A stretch of 64,000 nucleotides of DNA from NCBI GenBank assembly GCA_013265495.1, contig MU058000.1, forward strand, positions 1,116,001-1,180,000, given 5' to 3'. Numbering within the stretch: the first letter of the stretch is position 1; the number at the start of each line of letters is the position of its first letter. Shown in pieces: positions 1 to 13,677 of this stretch. This stretch comes from Vicugna vicugna (taxonomy: Eukaryota). The translations under genes were made by a program, and so were the position numbers. The notes under the pieces are model-generated. The model was not told the origin of the DNA and searched no databases. It was given only the letters and a program-made list of their open reading frames with translations.

Positions 1-398
1 AGAGATTCTAATGCCTAGGCAATTATGAGTAAGCAAACCAAAATCTAAGCTTGCAAATGCCTCAAGGTTACACGTTGAAACCTAAGGACAACCAATCACA
101 AATAGCCAGCTAAGGTTTAAGCGATAGCCCACCAATAATTCCCTTACTTTTCTTCTCCTTTTTTCCTGTAAAAGTCTTTCCCCAGCTTCCAGTGGAGGAG
201 CACTTCCACTCTTCCAGTTTGGTGCTGCTCTATTGGAATTATGTTTCCTTAAATAAACTCTTAAAATTTCAACATTCTTTAATTTATTTTTTAACATATT
301 TAACACAATCAAATTACAATACTTATACTGAGCTTTGCGAAGGGCTTTTAAGGTCTTGTATACGAAGCACCAGATCCCATTCAAGATTCCCCTTTAGG

Positions 399-1045
399 AT
401 ATGACCCAGGAATCCCACTCCTGGGCTTGTATCCAGAAGGAAATCTACTTCAGGATGATACCTGCACCCCAATGTTCATAGCAGCACTATTTACAATAGC
501 CAAAACATGGAAACAGCCTAAATGTCCATCAACAGGTGACTGGATAAAGAAGATGTGGTATATTTATACAATGGAATACTACTCAGCCATAAAAACCGAC
601 AACATAATGCCATTTGCAGCAACATGGATGCTCCTAGAGAATGTCATTCTAAGTGAAGTAAGCCAGAAAGAGAAAGAAAAATACCATATGAGATCGCTCA
701 TATGTGGAATCTAAAAAACAAAAACAAAAACAAACAAACAAACAAAAACAAAGCATAAATACAGGACAGAAATAGACTCATGGACAGAGAATACAGACTT
801 GTGGTTACCAGGGGGGTGGAGGGTGGGAAGGGATAGACTGGGATTTCAAAATTGTAGAATAGATAGACAAGATTACACTGTATAGCACAGGGAAATATAC
901 ACAAAATGTTATGATAAATCACAGAGAAAAAATGTGACAATGAGTGTGTATATGTCCATGAATGACTGAAAAAATTGTGCTGAACACTGGAATTTGACAC
1001 AACAGTGTAAAATGATTATAAATCAATAAAAATGTTAAAAAAAAA
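399..1045 (+). mobile_element. Young 5'-truncated LINE-1 (ORF2 C-terminus, 3' UTR, polyA)
   Basis: ORF 427-714 reads MFIAALFTIAKTWKQPKCPS...YHMRSLICGI*, the L1 ORF2p C-terminus. AATAAA and A-tail are present. 16-bp TSD aagattcccctttagg (383-398) / aagaatcccctttagg (1046-1061). Confidence 0.97.
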
Positions 1046-1932
1046 AAGAATCCCCTTTAGGTATCTAAGTTTCTACTTTTGTGCCTCTGCTATTCAAAGC
1101 TTATTACTTCCCAAGTTTGTTTGTTTTATCGACTCTAGTTTGAAAGGCTTTTCTTACGTTAGAGTAAAATCTGGTTTCTTATAAATGCCACTCATTTTGC
1201 TCTTGGAGCAACACAGAACAAATCTACTTCTTCTCTTAACAGAATGTCAAACATAAGTGCAAACAAATAGCTACACGATTCTAGCTAAACATGATTTTAT
1301 CCCCTTTGTCTCTTATTCATGCTCTGGTCTACCTGTCACTGAGTCGATCATCTTAGATCCTGGGTACTCTACACTTGACCTCATGGAACTACCCTATGCT
1401 GTCACTCTGTCTCCTCCAATTATCGTTCACAGCTCCCAAGTACTTGTTAATTTCCTTTTCAAGGAAAATTTAAATATTTTTGACCCTAAGAGCTTTGACT
1501 GCTTTACAGATTTTGTGAGCTTTACCAGAAATAAATTCTTCCTTAATTTTTTTCTTTTCTTTAATGTTATGGTCTTCTAACGTGATCATAGATTCTACTA
1601 ACTTGAGATTCTTGGCAGAGATATTTTGTCAACAGATTTGTCTAAAGAAGTAAAGGCAGTATTTCCCAGAAAAATATATTTCATCTGTCTTCCAGTGATT
1701 GAAATCTTGCTAGACAGGGATGGTTTTCTGTAGAATGGTTTTAATAGGCCTGTTGTCAGTAAGCATAAAGATTTCATGCAGCCAACATCTTGTGATTGGA
1801 TTAAGTCCTTGGCTTGTAACTGAGTTTAGCAGGCACCCTGAGAGACCTTGGAGTTACCCACACAGGTACCACAGTGGGCTGTGTGTATAAGGTGTAATGC
1901 CCAGCTCAACCAGGGGTGCTCTGCTCTTACCT

Positions 1933-1933
<1 letters not shown>

Positions 1934-1977
<44 letters not shown>
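1934..1977. repeat. (GT)n microsatellite
   Basis: About 21-22 uninterrupted GT units. Confidence 0.98.
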
Positions 1978-1980
<3 letters not shown>

Positions 1981-3495
1981 AAATTGGGCTGTGTCGTAAG
2001 ATTTAGTTGAAGAGTGACTACAAATTATTACAAAAATCAGTGGAACCTTCTGATCATTTTGGATACTATTTTAGGATATTTCCTTATAAGTAGTGGAATA
2101 TTCTCATTAAGCCTCTTGTTGAAGCTGGAATCTTTTGTGGCACTGGAATTTTATTTATAACAATTAATGAAGATGCCACAAGGGCTAATGACACTAAATG
2201 AAGTGAGGATTAGGAACAGGTAAACTCAGGAGCTGCTAGGACCCTGCCATCACGCAAATGTCCTTGATAAGGAAGAAAGGGGAATGAAATTACAGTTCTT
2301 AGGCTGCATAGAAACAGAATTGTTCCTATGGAGAATGCTTTCTAAAGCTTCCCTGAGGCCATGCAGCTCTTTAAATCAGCAAGCCCCTTTTCTTTTCAGT
2401 CACAAAGTGGAAAAAAGCACCTCCTTTTCTCTTTCAGAAGTCCAGACTATAAGTATTGTTGAGTCACCTTATCTCTCTTTGAAGAGGAAAATGCCATCCC
2501 TGTGTAGGTTGAAAGTAGAAGATTTATGAAGAAAAGAAAAGTAGAGAAATGGATCATAACAGCATTGTATTTAGTATTTTCTTCATTCTGCAGTGTTCTG
2601 CCTTGCTTGACATGTTTACTTGACAAACACTTATATTCCTGGCTTAGAGCTGTTCTCTGAACACCACGGTGCATAATTAATGTCAAGGTGGAAAGCGATT
2701 ATGCTGCAAATGCTGTTCCCTCTGCTCTGAAAAACATTTTTAAAGCCAATTTAGGTCACACATGGTTCAGTCTCTTAGAAATGTTTCTTAATTGTTCAGC
2801 TAAAGAGAACGCCTTGGGGCATTTATTAATAGACATTCCAGTGAGCTGTCTGTCCTGGGGTGTGTGAGTGTGCTGAAGAGGGGGTGCAGAATCTCACAGG
2901 GTGTGGTGGTGGGGGGTGACTGTTGTAGGAGAGAGGAACCCCAAGAAGGTTATTTTTTTAGGCCTCAGATATATAAGCAAAACAACAAAGAACACAGTTT
3001 ACCTAAAGCACATGACAAATTGTGCACCATTTCAGAGAAGAAAACTGTTCATATTTTCCTCACTCCAGTAAGCTTCTCAGGTTCACATGCCAAGAAGCAT
3101 GGCAGGCTAGGAACCAGATACAGGATACATTTTAAAAACAGACCATTTTCTTTTGTGTTCGATAGTCATTTGCTGCTCTTTGAGTCTTCTGCTCCTTGAG
3201 GAATAATAGGCTGACAAAGCTTGCAACAGCAGTTCCTGAAGTCATCGTGATGGAAGGTTCTCAAGCTTCTTCGGGCGTGTGAAGTCACTGAGGCTGGAGC
3301 CAGATGTGCTGTCCTAGGAGTGACAGTCAGTGTTACTGGTGGGAAAAAGGAAGAAAATGGAGGTTCCTTTGGAATTGATCGTCTCCACAGAAGACAACAC
3401 CAGCTTGTGGTAGATGAGCACTAGATGGCCCTTCCTCCTTTCTTCTAATTCTTCCTTCCCAATGTGGAGATTCACTTGGGACTCCAAAGATGATG

Positions 3496-4058
3496 TGAAA
3501 GGGCATCAGAATATGAATGCCGCTTTAGCATTCAGATTATTTTGAGATGAAGGAAATTGAGAATCAACAGGCTCAGAAAAGAAGACTTCTTGGAGTTTCT
3601 CTGATAAGCACCACCTCCTGGGAAAAAAAGCTGCTATAAATCCCCTCTTCAGGGCATATTCTTCCCCAGAAGGAAGGATGAGAATAAAACCTACCCCAGA
3701 TCCATTGTCTGGGGAATTTTATGGCCCTGAAGGAGACAAAAAGTCCACTCATATTTGTATAGACAAACATTACAAATTTCATCTCTTGATTGTTCTTCTA
3801 GAAACCCATTTATCTTTTATTAAAAAACTGATTCTTTTCATAAAAGCATTTTCTCTCCCTGCCACCCCCTCTTTTCTTTACTAAATTAGGTATATAAGCC
3901 TCTAACTTCAACCATTTAAGGAACCAGCTATGTCTTTTGTTGGCTCCCATGTGCTACAAATAAACCTATTTCTCTGGTTAACTTGTCTTTTGTCAGTTTA
4001 ATTTGCACATCCCCATTACTGAACCTAAGAGGGTAGAGAAAAAATTTCCTCCCCTATA
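3496..4058 (+). mobile_element. ERV1 solo LTR, MER34/MER39-like
   Basis: Starts tgaaagggcatcagaatatg...gattattttgagatgaaggaaattgag. Ends gaacctaagagggtagagaaaaaatttcctcccctata, the same 3' end as three other copies in the window. Confidence 0.8.
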
Positions 4059-4189
4059 CCAGCTTCCCAACTTCATCACATCAACACATAATACACACCA
4101 TATTTCCACACATTCCTCATGAATTGTGCATGAATATGATAAATACTCCTGCATACATTCACCATGTGTCTTGAGTAAGTAATTAAGAA

Positions 4190-4612
4190 GCAGAGTTTAA
4201 GAAAAGAATGCTTCTGCAAGGGATTTGATGGGAGAGTGCTGCAAGTAAAACCTGAAAAAGAATGAGGAAGACAGAATGGGGTATGGGAAGAAGCTCTTCA
4301 AAGATACAGATTCCACTGAAGTCTAGCCTAAGCCTGGTCCCACAGGGAGCTATGGACCATGGCACTATGTGTTTGTCCCACCTTGAAGCAAGGTAGCTAG
4401 TTGTTTTATATTCCATATTGGTGAGTCATTGGCTGTGGGCTGCCCTGAGAGGGGAACATAACCTCACAAGAACTTCCAGGGGAGTGGTTCCAGTTAAGCT
4501 CCTGAGGGCAATTCTCGTGAGAAGCATGCCTCTGTGAGCTGCTGAGAGCCAAACTCACAACAGGGGATGAAAGAAATCTTGTCAGGGCACCAACAGCGTC
4601 TGCTTCAGCATA
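4190..4612 (-). mobile_element. ERVL LTR, LTR16-like, degraded
   Basis: Motifs gagtcattggctgtgggctgccc, ctgagggcaattc and gggcaccaacagcgtctgct match my recall of the LTR16 family. Confidence 0.65.
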
Positions 4613-4723
4613 CAAAATATCCATCTTGTATAGTAATTTGTTTATGACAGGGATACCCCAGGACCGATTGCAGTTAAGCTAAAGATTTTTGTGTAAAGGG
4701 AGTTATTAGAAATAACTCTATAG

Positions 4724-4950
4724 CAAGGGTCAACAAACTTTTGCTGTAAAGGGCCAGATAATACATATTTTAGACTTTGTGGACCAGATGGTCTTCTTTG
4801 CAACTACTCAACTCTGCTAATGTAGCATAAGAACAGTCATAGACAGTATATAAGCAAATGGGCAAGGCTGTGTTCTAATAAAACTTTATTTACAAAAAAT
4901 CAGTTGGGGGAACCAGATTTGATCCACAGACTATAGTTTGTTGATCTCTG
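4724..4950 (+). mobile_element. MER58A hAT-Charlie DNA transposon
   Basis: caagggtcaacaaacttttgctgtaaagggccagata ... actatagtttgttgatctctg, with terminal inverted repeats, about 225 bp. Confidence 0.9.
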
Positions 4951-6329
4951 ATGAGGGGGATAAAAGAGAATAATCATCCACATTTCCAATTCATCTACCC
5001 TCTTAAAATAGCATTAATTTTTCATTTCAAATAAAGAGCTTATAACTAAGACATTTTCCAATTTTTGTTAAGATTACAGGCTTTGCAGCTAAAAAGACCA
5101 AGATTCCACTCTTGCCACTTTCCAGGCAGTCTATTGCACAGGGATATTTTGAGAAAATGTATCTAACGCACTTTTAATATGGTGGTTAGCACTTAATAAG
5201 TGCTTAATAAGTAATACTTGGTTACCATTGTTGTTTTGTCCCATGGAATATTGTTTTCTAATTACTTTCTCGGCGCTTATCCCTATTTTAATTCAGTGTC
5301 TAATTTACTTCTGAGATATGAGATTTAAAATTGAGTTTTACAGAATAAATACGACTGCACAGGGAAAGTCTGTTTTCTACCAGCAAGTTGACCCAAGACC
5401 AAGATACATACTTTCAGATTTCCTAGTCTCCACTTCTCTTGCTCAGCAGAGAGAGAGATGGAATAAACATTTATAAAATAGATCCTCGTTTAGAGATGGA
5501 ATTGATGCTGTGGGGGGATTAGAATGGATGCGAGTCTGGTAGAAAACTGACATGTAAAATGGATCCTATTTGCTGTAACAAAGAATTACCAGAGGGGGAA
5601 ACAGGATGACCTGAGCCATCACCTTGACTTGGCCACTCCCATGATCACCACTTGGCTCAATTATTCACTGACTGCCTGACTGAGTTTTTAACTCCTTTGG
5701 GTGTTAAAACAACTTTCACTTGTTTCATTTAGTTTCCATTAGAGGATGGAGGCAAGCCCTGGACTGGGAGCTTGATTTAAAACAGAGCTGTCTCTCTCTC
5801 TCTTTCTCAGGCAGGAAAAAAAATGTGAGCAAAAATTACTCTTGTCCCTAAGGAGCCTGTGGAGTTGGCCCCTGTTCCGGAGAAGAAGCTGGAAGGCTCC
5901 GCGCTGCTGGTGTGAGTGCGTTGAGGAAGTGCTCTCCTCAGAGGTGAGCCGTCCATCATTACTCACTCGCAGGGCTTGTGCCTCCCAGACGACTACATAA
6001 CGTCCGGGTTGGACATACAACCCTGCCTCAGCCCAGGGGAGACAAATGGCCCCCCTTTGGTAGATTAAATGGATTGGGCCATCCGAGGGAATCTGTTTTA
6101 TGGAATCATTTATGGCTTACTGAACAGCCTCATGTTACAGATAAATGAAATTCTACAGCCAAGGAGCCAAACCTGCTTTTTAGCTGTTTTTCCAGAAGTG
6201 GAGGCATTTGTTGCCAGAAAAAGTTCAGCTTCATGATAATGGGGGCTGCTGGACTGGGAGAGCACTGGACTGGGAGTATCCTTTGCATTTTGCATAAAAT
6301 CGTAATTTCTCATCATGGCTGTAAACACC

Positions 6330-6782
6330 TCAATCTCATGCTACTTACGTCTTCATCCATATGCTCCAGTCACACTGGCTTTCTCTTTGTCCCTCAGATC
6401 TATCAAGTGTATACTTTCCCAAGGACCTTGCATTTGCTGTTTCCCTGCCTGGAATACCCTTTACCCAGGTCTTTACAAGACTGGTTCTTTGTGATCTTTA
6501 ATTCAGCTCAGGTGTCGCTTTCATGGTGCGTTCTTTGCTGACAACTCCCTCTGAGGACACATCCACATCATTCTCTGATATATTATCCTGAATTATTATT
6601 TTCTTTAGAACTTTTCATTATCTAGGACTCTCTTATTTATTTTTTTTATTGTTTGATGCTCCCTTCTAAGTTCCATGCAAGTTTCATGAGAGTGCTGTCC
6701 TTTCTGCGTCTTCAGCTTCTACACAATGCCTCTCACAAGGTGATTCTTAATTAATGTTTTCTGCAAGAATGAATTAAATGAG
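6330..6782 (+). mobile_element. L2 3' end fragment
   Basis: ctccagtcacactggc...ccttgcatttgctgtttccctgcctggaa, ending in a gaatgaattaaatgag tail. Confidence 0.8.
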
Positions 6783-7769
6783 TCAGACAATCTGAATCAT
6801 GTTCAAAACTAGTTCTGTAATAATTGGAAATTTTCATGTTCTTTCTGAGTCTCAGTTTTCTTAAAATGAAGGGATTGGAGAATATTAAAGAATTTATATA
6901 CCTCTATTTTATGTCTTTATGGGAATTTTTATTTGCACTGACTTCAAGTTCTGGTAACCATACCAAAAAAAAATACTGTAATATTGGAATCAGGAATTAA
7001 TACTCTGTGTCTTTATGGCTATGTCCTTACAAGGCCAAAATCACTAAATGCTTCCAACAAATCTGTTATTTGACATCACCAAAAGTTTATTTTCAGGTTA
7101 TGTAGACCCAATTCAAATGAATAGTTAAAGAAGAGAGTAAACTAGAAGAGTTGGTCCCGAAAATCCTCGGAGATGAGATACAGATATTACTTTCCTCAAT
7201 TGTCAGCCAATGATTTTCCACTTAGAAGTGATCCTTAGTGATGGTAGTAAAAGATGGCATACTCATTTGAGTTAACATCAACAACATTCAAGAAATCACC
7301 AGCTCTGACTTTGATTTTGGTTTTTTGGAAGACTATAGTTCCTCCATGCTACATCAGCCCTGTTGTTTATCTTGAAGATTATACTTTTATCAGCAGGACG
7401 TTAAATTCCTCTTCCTAGAAGACTGTAGTTGTCTCACTCAGTTGCCCATTTTTGTGCTGAGATCACATGCTGTGTGCTGGTGCTTGATATTATTTGACCA
7501 ATCTATTCATTCACACTTCATTCCATGCACATAGCCACGTGTATACTTTTAGAAACTAAAGGAAGAGTTTTTATGTGTATATTTCATTTTTGCTCACAAA
7601 CATTCATCCACTGTTTACTATGCCCAGCGCTTTGGGGAATGTAGCCAAGACAGTAGACAGCATGGACCCTGCCCTGATTTACAGTCCGTATCAGATGTTA
7701 TAAACATTCATTAAACCTCAACTGTTTACTAGACATCAGCTTCTGTATCTCCACTTTAAGAAGATGAGA

Positions 7770-8262
7770 GTATTAGGGTTCTCCAGAGAAATAGAACCAA
7801 TTGAGAATTAATTAATTAATTAATTATAAGGATTTGACTCACACAGTTTTGGAAGCTGACAGGTTCTGAGATTTGCAGTTGGCAAGCTGGTTACTTAGAA
7901 GAGCTGAAGGTGTGAGTTCCAGTTGGAATGCTGGCAAATTTGATAGCCGGAAAGAGCTGAGGTTTCAGTTCATGTCTGAAGGCAGGAAAAAAAGCCTTTG
8001 TCTCTGTTCAAGGCAAAAGGAGTTCCCTCTTATTTATGGGAGGATCAGTCTTTTTGTTCCATTCAAGCTCTGATTGGGTTTGAGGCCACTGGTTGGGTGA
8101 GGGCCACCCACATTAGGGAAGGCAGTCTGCTTTCCTCAAAAGTCTACTCCTTCAGAGGTTTCATCCAGAAACACCCTCCCAGACACATCCAGAATAGTGC
8201 TTGACCAAATGGTCTGAGCACCCTGTGGTCCAGTCAAGCTGACCTGCAAAATTAACCATCAC
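7770..8262 (-). mobile_element. MLT2 (ERVL) solo LTR
   Basis: gtattagggttctccagagaaatagaaccaat ... aaattaaccatcaca, the reverse complement of the MLT2 start tgtgatggttaat. Contains an (AATT)5 run. Confidence 0.9.
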
Positions 8263-8344
8263 AGTGCGATTGTCCTACTGTCTCTTGGTATGAATTAGTT
8301 GCTTTTGCATTAAAATTCTTATGTCAATTTTTTTTTAATTGAGG

Positions 8345-8735
8345 CAGATGTTTGCCCAGCACCCATGCTCCTTTCATACCAGTTCCTGATATCCTTGTAG
8401 TGAATTACCTCTCTTCATTTGCCTGTTCTTGGGGGACCCTGGACATCAAGGTGACCCACTTTCTCTAGTTGAAGGGCAGACATGTGCCTCAAGCTAATCT
8501 CAGCAGCCTCTCTCTGGCACTGCGAATCTTGAGGAGAGCAACACGAAGAGGGGGAGATGATTGGTGCAAGTGTTTCAGTGACAGAGGCTCTTTGAGTACT
8601 TCCCGCAGCTTATGTGTCTGGAACTGCCAGGTTTTAGCCTGGATCTTTACTCTATCCTCAGCATCCTTTCAATAAATTTCCTTTTTGCTTAAGTTAGCTT
8701 TATTTATTTTTGTTGCTTACCATGAAAGTACTCTA
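8345..8735 (+). mobile_element. Old MLT1 (J/K/L-like) ERVL-MaLR LTR
   Basis: 3' end aataaatttcctttttgcttaagttagc...ttgttgcttac is typical of old MLT1. Confidence 0.6.
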
Positions 8736-11694
8736 TTGTATATAAAAGCATTATATGATTCCCTACCCTTTTTTATTTTGTCTAATCTCAGTGGGGATGG
8801 ACATCAACTGTTTTAGATTTGCCACTGGGATGGATTTCCCTAAAGATTAGGTGTTCATCTGAAGCCTGGACTACCGCAGAGAATTCTGTAGCAAAGCTAT
8901 TTTTTGAAGTACTATCATTTTCGCATTGTCAATTTTGGCCTCCTTTGACTCATATGGTCTCCACATCATGAGATGGGGACTAAAGCCATTATTTTTGCTA
9001 ATCTTAAAACCTTCTCATAATACTCACTTTTCAAGTGGGATTTCTGTAGTTATTCAGTCTTCTCTATTGTCTGCTTTTAACAAGGAGTAAAATGGTTGAT
9101 TATGAAGCACTTTTTCTACCACCTTGGTAGAGATTCTGTACAGTAAGAACTCATTACCAAACCCCTCCATCGCTGACGAGGAAGCAAGGACCACAAGAGT
9201 CAAAGTGGCTGGATGGAGTCTTAACAACATGGAAGAAGATCTAGGAACTAAACTCAGAAGTTTTCTCCGTCATTGGTTTTAATGCCCTGGCCACGGGGTG
9301 TTGATGTCTCTCCCTATGGTCTTTCAAATGCTGCCCTGCCCTGCTCATAGAATGCCCTGGGTGTGTCTTCAAGTCAGACACCAGCGTTGGTATCCGTGCA
9401 CGCATCCCAGAACTGGGTGGGGAACACGGGCCAGAAATCAGCAGCTGCATCTGCTTTAGGAAAAGCCGCATAACTCCTGCCAGGTCTCCCATTGTCCCAC
9501 TTGGCCTTGGCAGATGGAAACAGTCTCCTTGGACAGTTTCACGTGGCTCCTTTAGAGCCTTACAAATCCTCAGATTGCCATGTGGGTTCCCTCCTGTTGC
9601 CATCAAGTGGACCTCAGCACTGATGCTTTTTTGGTATTCAGCCTCTTATGCCTCTGTCCCCTTGTTCCCTTTGGCTCACATTTTAGCAGTGTCATCCTCA
9701 ACACACAGTCTCATTCTCACTTTTCTTTTATGCGTGTAGAGTGTGTCATGTGTAAGCCTTCAGCTCTCGCAGTCGCATCAGCAAACATTTAATGCTGCCT
9801 TTTGTAACCCAAACACGCTTTGTTATTCCTTTCGCATTTCATGCCTCAGTGCCTGTTGTAAGTTCCCTGCTGTATTACGGAAGCCTGTTCACTTAATCCT
9901 CGTACGCACTGGGATGTCACATATTGCTAAGGTCAGAAATTTCCCTTCTGTGAAATTGTGCTGTTTTACTCCTTAAGATATATCATGTGCTTAGAGTTCA
10001 AGCTTTAAAAAAAAAAAACAAAACTCCAGGAACTCGCCTCCCTTATTATGGCAATTGAAAATTTTCACGGGTCTACAGGGGTAATTCATAGATTTTTCAG
10101 ACCCCTCCAGAAAATGAACGAATAGGGTGCTTCAAAGTCAGTGCTTCTTCATTGTATCTTTCTCATTCTTCGTTTGTATCTCACGGCATCTACAACACAT
10201 TTATCCTTTTAGAGTTTACGTTTATGTTTTCATTTTCAGGGACTACATTTGGCATTTTAAGTGAAGCACATGAAGCACTTTCATATAAGCATTTTCAACA
10301 ACCAGACTTAATTCAGCATAATTTTTAGCTTTATACCGCCAAGACAGGAATGAATTCTTAACCCCACATTTCTACTCCCGTAATGATGGTGAAAAAATCT
10401 TGTTTTCTTGAAAGTGGCTGTGGGAGGTCAGAAGGTATCCAAGTTTCTCAAATTTGTCTAACCCCTTGTAGACCTTCACACTAACATTATGATAATCCCA
10501 TCTTCTCTTTTCCAAGGTTAACTTCCTTCTTTCTCTGATTCCTTGAATTGCAGTCAACCTGTCCTTTGATTGCTTCTTTCATCTTCTTCTCTTATCTAAC
10601 AAGTGGAGCCCAGCTTCCTTCTAACTACAAATGTGCTCAGGGTTCTTCTTGTCAGAAAACTCACTACTCTCAACTGTATTAATGTTCCTGCTCTCATTTT
10701 TTTACTCACCACCCAAACTTTGAGCCAGTAGTCTAAACTTGCAAGTTTTGTTTCATCACTTCCTAGTCATCCTTGACTAGTTTATAGTAGACTTCAGCCA
10801 TAATTGCTCTACTAAAACTGTTAAGAAAGAAGGTGGGAGTGATAGTTGAGCTTGAGCTCAATGTGGGGAATGGCATATTAGAGAGAGGGAAGGGCAAAGA
10901 CAGAAGCCTGGAGGCAGGATTGAAAAGATCCATTTTGTCAGAGTCAAGTGCAATGGTTGGACTTTCAGAAAGGAAAACAAATGTAATTGGTAGAACATTT
11001 CCATCTTGTAAATTAGAGAAAATTGAAAACAAAGAAAACCTTAACTTGCTACACAGAGGAAAAATGAGGTGACAGGACAGCCCTGTTTCTTTTCTGTCAT
11101 CATTCTTCCCAAGATGTTCCAATGTTCAAGCCATGGTTAGAATCTGCATCTACAGACTCAGTGAACCAGTGCCCAAGTTTCAACAACCCTTTCTTTGCAG
11201 GCTACGTTTTAGGCAGAGACTTGGTTTATCCAGAGCCCATTCATGGTCTACAAACTTCTCAGGTTTATTGATGTTCGTCTGTATTCCCTGTTAACAGCTT
11301 TTCTCTGCCTAATACACAGTAGGGGAGAGTGTTTCCTGTCTGTTGGATACTTGTACATGAAGTCTGGCTCCATTTTGGGACCGATGAGGTCCCAAATGAT
11401 GAGGTGTGCATGAGAAATAAAATCTGAAGGACAAAATTTAGAATGGTCATGTTAGTAAGCGGCTCTGTTCAAGTCAGATGATTGTCATTTGTCTTTCTTT
11501 GGTGTCTTAGGCTATGTCCAGTTGAGATTCCAGGTTCTCCACTTAAGCATAAAGGTGTCAGGTCATAGCCTCTCCAAGTATGCACTCATGTTTCATATGA
11601 TGCATTTTCTCTTTTCTTCTACTCAGTGAGTAGAATTCCTGGGTGGGGTGCAGGGTCTCTCACGTCAGATGACCAACAAACCTGGCTCCTGGGG

Positions 11695-11952
11695 AAGGGT
11701 AGTATAATCATTAAGAACACATACTGTCATGACAGGCTGCCCAAGTAAAACCCAGTCCTTCACTTACTAGTTATGGTACCTTGATAAAGTTACTTAATTC
11801 TTTGTGCCTTTTTCTCCATCTGCAAAATATACATTAAAAAAGAGAAATTTTCCCATAATATTGTCACATTAAAGGTAAGTGAATTAACACATACACGGTG
11901 TTTAGGATGACACTGTGACATCATAATTTCAAGCTATTGTGTTATTATTATT
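11695..11952 (+). mobile_element. MIR SINE
   Basis: Core cacttactagttatggtaccttgataaagttacttaattctttgtgcct...catctgcaaaat, with a (TAT)n tail. Confidence 0.8.
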
Positions 11953-13677
11953 ATAAATTTCTCAAGATACCAAGAGCGCCAAAGGGGCTTGAAAGTAATT
12001 TTCTAGGACGAAGGACAAAGTCCCTTGTGGCAAATCACACCAATTGATCCCATTATTTTTAATAATAATACTCTCCACTAGCCCTACAACATGGCAGAAG
12101 ATGTGGATAGTCATATTACTCTCTTGAAAGAGTTCGGAATTAGGAGATAACTTAAATGATGTTGTACTGGGAAAGAGGCCTGTAGTGTATACATCTTATG
12201 AGAAAAGTGCTGCAGACCTTTGAGGCAGGCATGATGTGCCCTAATGCCTGTTTCTCACACACCTTGTTCTCCTTCCTTCACTCCACCCAAGGACAGCAAG
12301 TGTGAGCTGGTAAGCCAGATCCATGCTGGTCTTCTTTTAAATTATCCCAGGACCTGAAGGGGTACAAGGACTGTTAAAGGAGCCCTGATACTGGTAACAA
12401 TGTTCACAGGCTAAGTCAGGGCTCAAACCTTAACTTTTGATGATGACAACAATAGTTAAACTTTGAAGATCGTTCCTGTGTCTCTGGGAAACAACCAAGA
12501 GGAGAGTTGACCACAGAATTTCGGGGAAAACCTGGTTGGTCAGTTCCATAGAATTCTGAGGGTTTTTTGTTGCTCCTCTTACCCCTGATGATGGATTTTC
12601 ATCCTCACAGCAAGTTCCTGATGTAGATTTTTTTACCTGAGCTTTTGGATTGTTTATGTTGCATGTTCCATGACAATTACTTGGCACCTCTCTTGCCTTT
12701 CCTGTCCTCTGCCGATAGCTTAATTTTCATCTTTCCTTTATTAGGGGAAAATCTAGGAGGCTGTCAACACGTGATATTGCTCTGTATCTCAGTATCTCAG
12801 TGGGTAATGATGACACTGATGGGAGGTTTAGGGTCTCAGCCTAGTTCTTTGAGGCACAGATGTTCCTCAAAGAGCTTGCCGAAACTGATCAAACTCTCCA
12901 ATGTGCAAAAAATGAGGCTAAAACACAACTGGGGCTAAACTTTGTAGACAGAAAGAGTCTCCCAGCATTTCTGACCTCCTGCCTCGAGACAGAGCTGGAA
13001 ATACTGCAGAGACAGCCTCTCTGGTGGGATGTCCACACTTTGGTCTCTGGCCACTGGATCTGCAACTTGATATGTTAGAGCCAGCAGTAAGGGCAGTCAG
13101 TTCTCCATCCTAAACGGTAATTGGGAAGTTCATTTTTTTTCAGTCCATCCAGCTCTACTTTAATTTTTTCTCTTTTCTCTTGGTTATTACATTTGTGCCA
13201 AGGATTGCCACCGTAGTCTAGACTAATACAGAGAGAGAATTAAATACTATAGATGGTCTTTGTTCTGCTGCTCATGTCAAAAATGCATGGTTTGAAGTGT
13301 TCTTGAGAATGCTGGTTTTCAAAGCTGATGATTGTAATCTGACATCTGACATCCTGACATGGGAAACAGGTTTAGTGAGAAGTGAGAGACAGCTGTGTGA
13401 TCGTCTCTCAAAACCCTGAACTGAGTCAAATGTACTTTGGTTGGGGGAAAGATAATGACTGGAACAGATGTCATTTGAGAATGACTGTCTGCACAACACT
13501 CTGCCCCTTGGGTGATGATCCTTTTTTTTCTCTCATCAGGTTTTGGTTTGTACTCAGAGGAAGAAAGATGATACTGTAGAATTAGAATTCGGGGGTCTTT
13601 GAGAACTAAAAGTGCACTTAAGTGTATTAAAATTTGGTGATGAAGTCTCCCGTGAAGAAGAACCCCAAATAACCTGG

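Noticed and set aside
427..714. 95-aa ORF as a host gene
   Set aside because: It is the C-terminus of L1 ORF2p in a truncated copy bounded by a TSD.
12860..13078. ORF with helical-looking peptide ELAETDQTLQCAKNEAKTQ
   Set aside because: It is short, matches no family I recognise, and has no convincing splice sites or partner exons.
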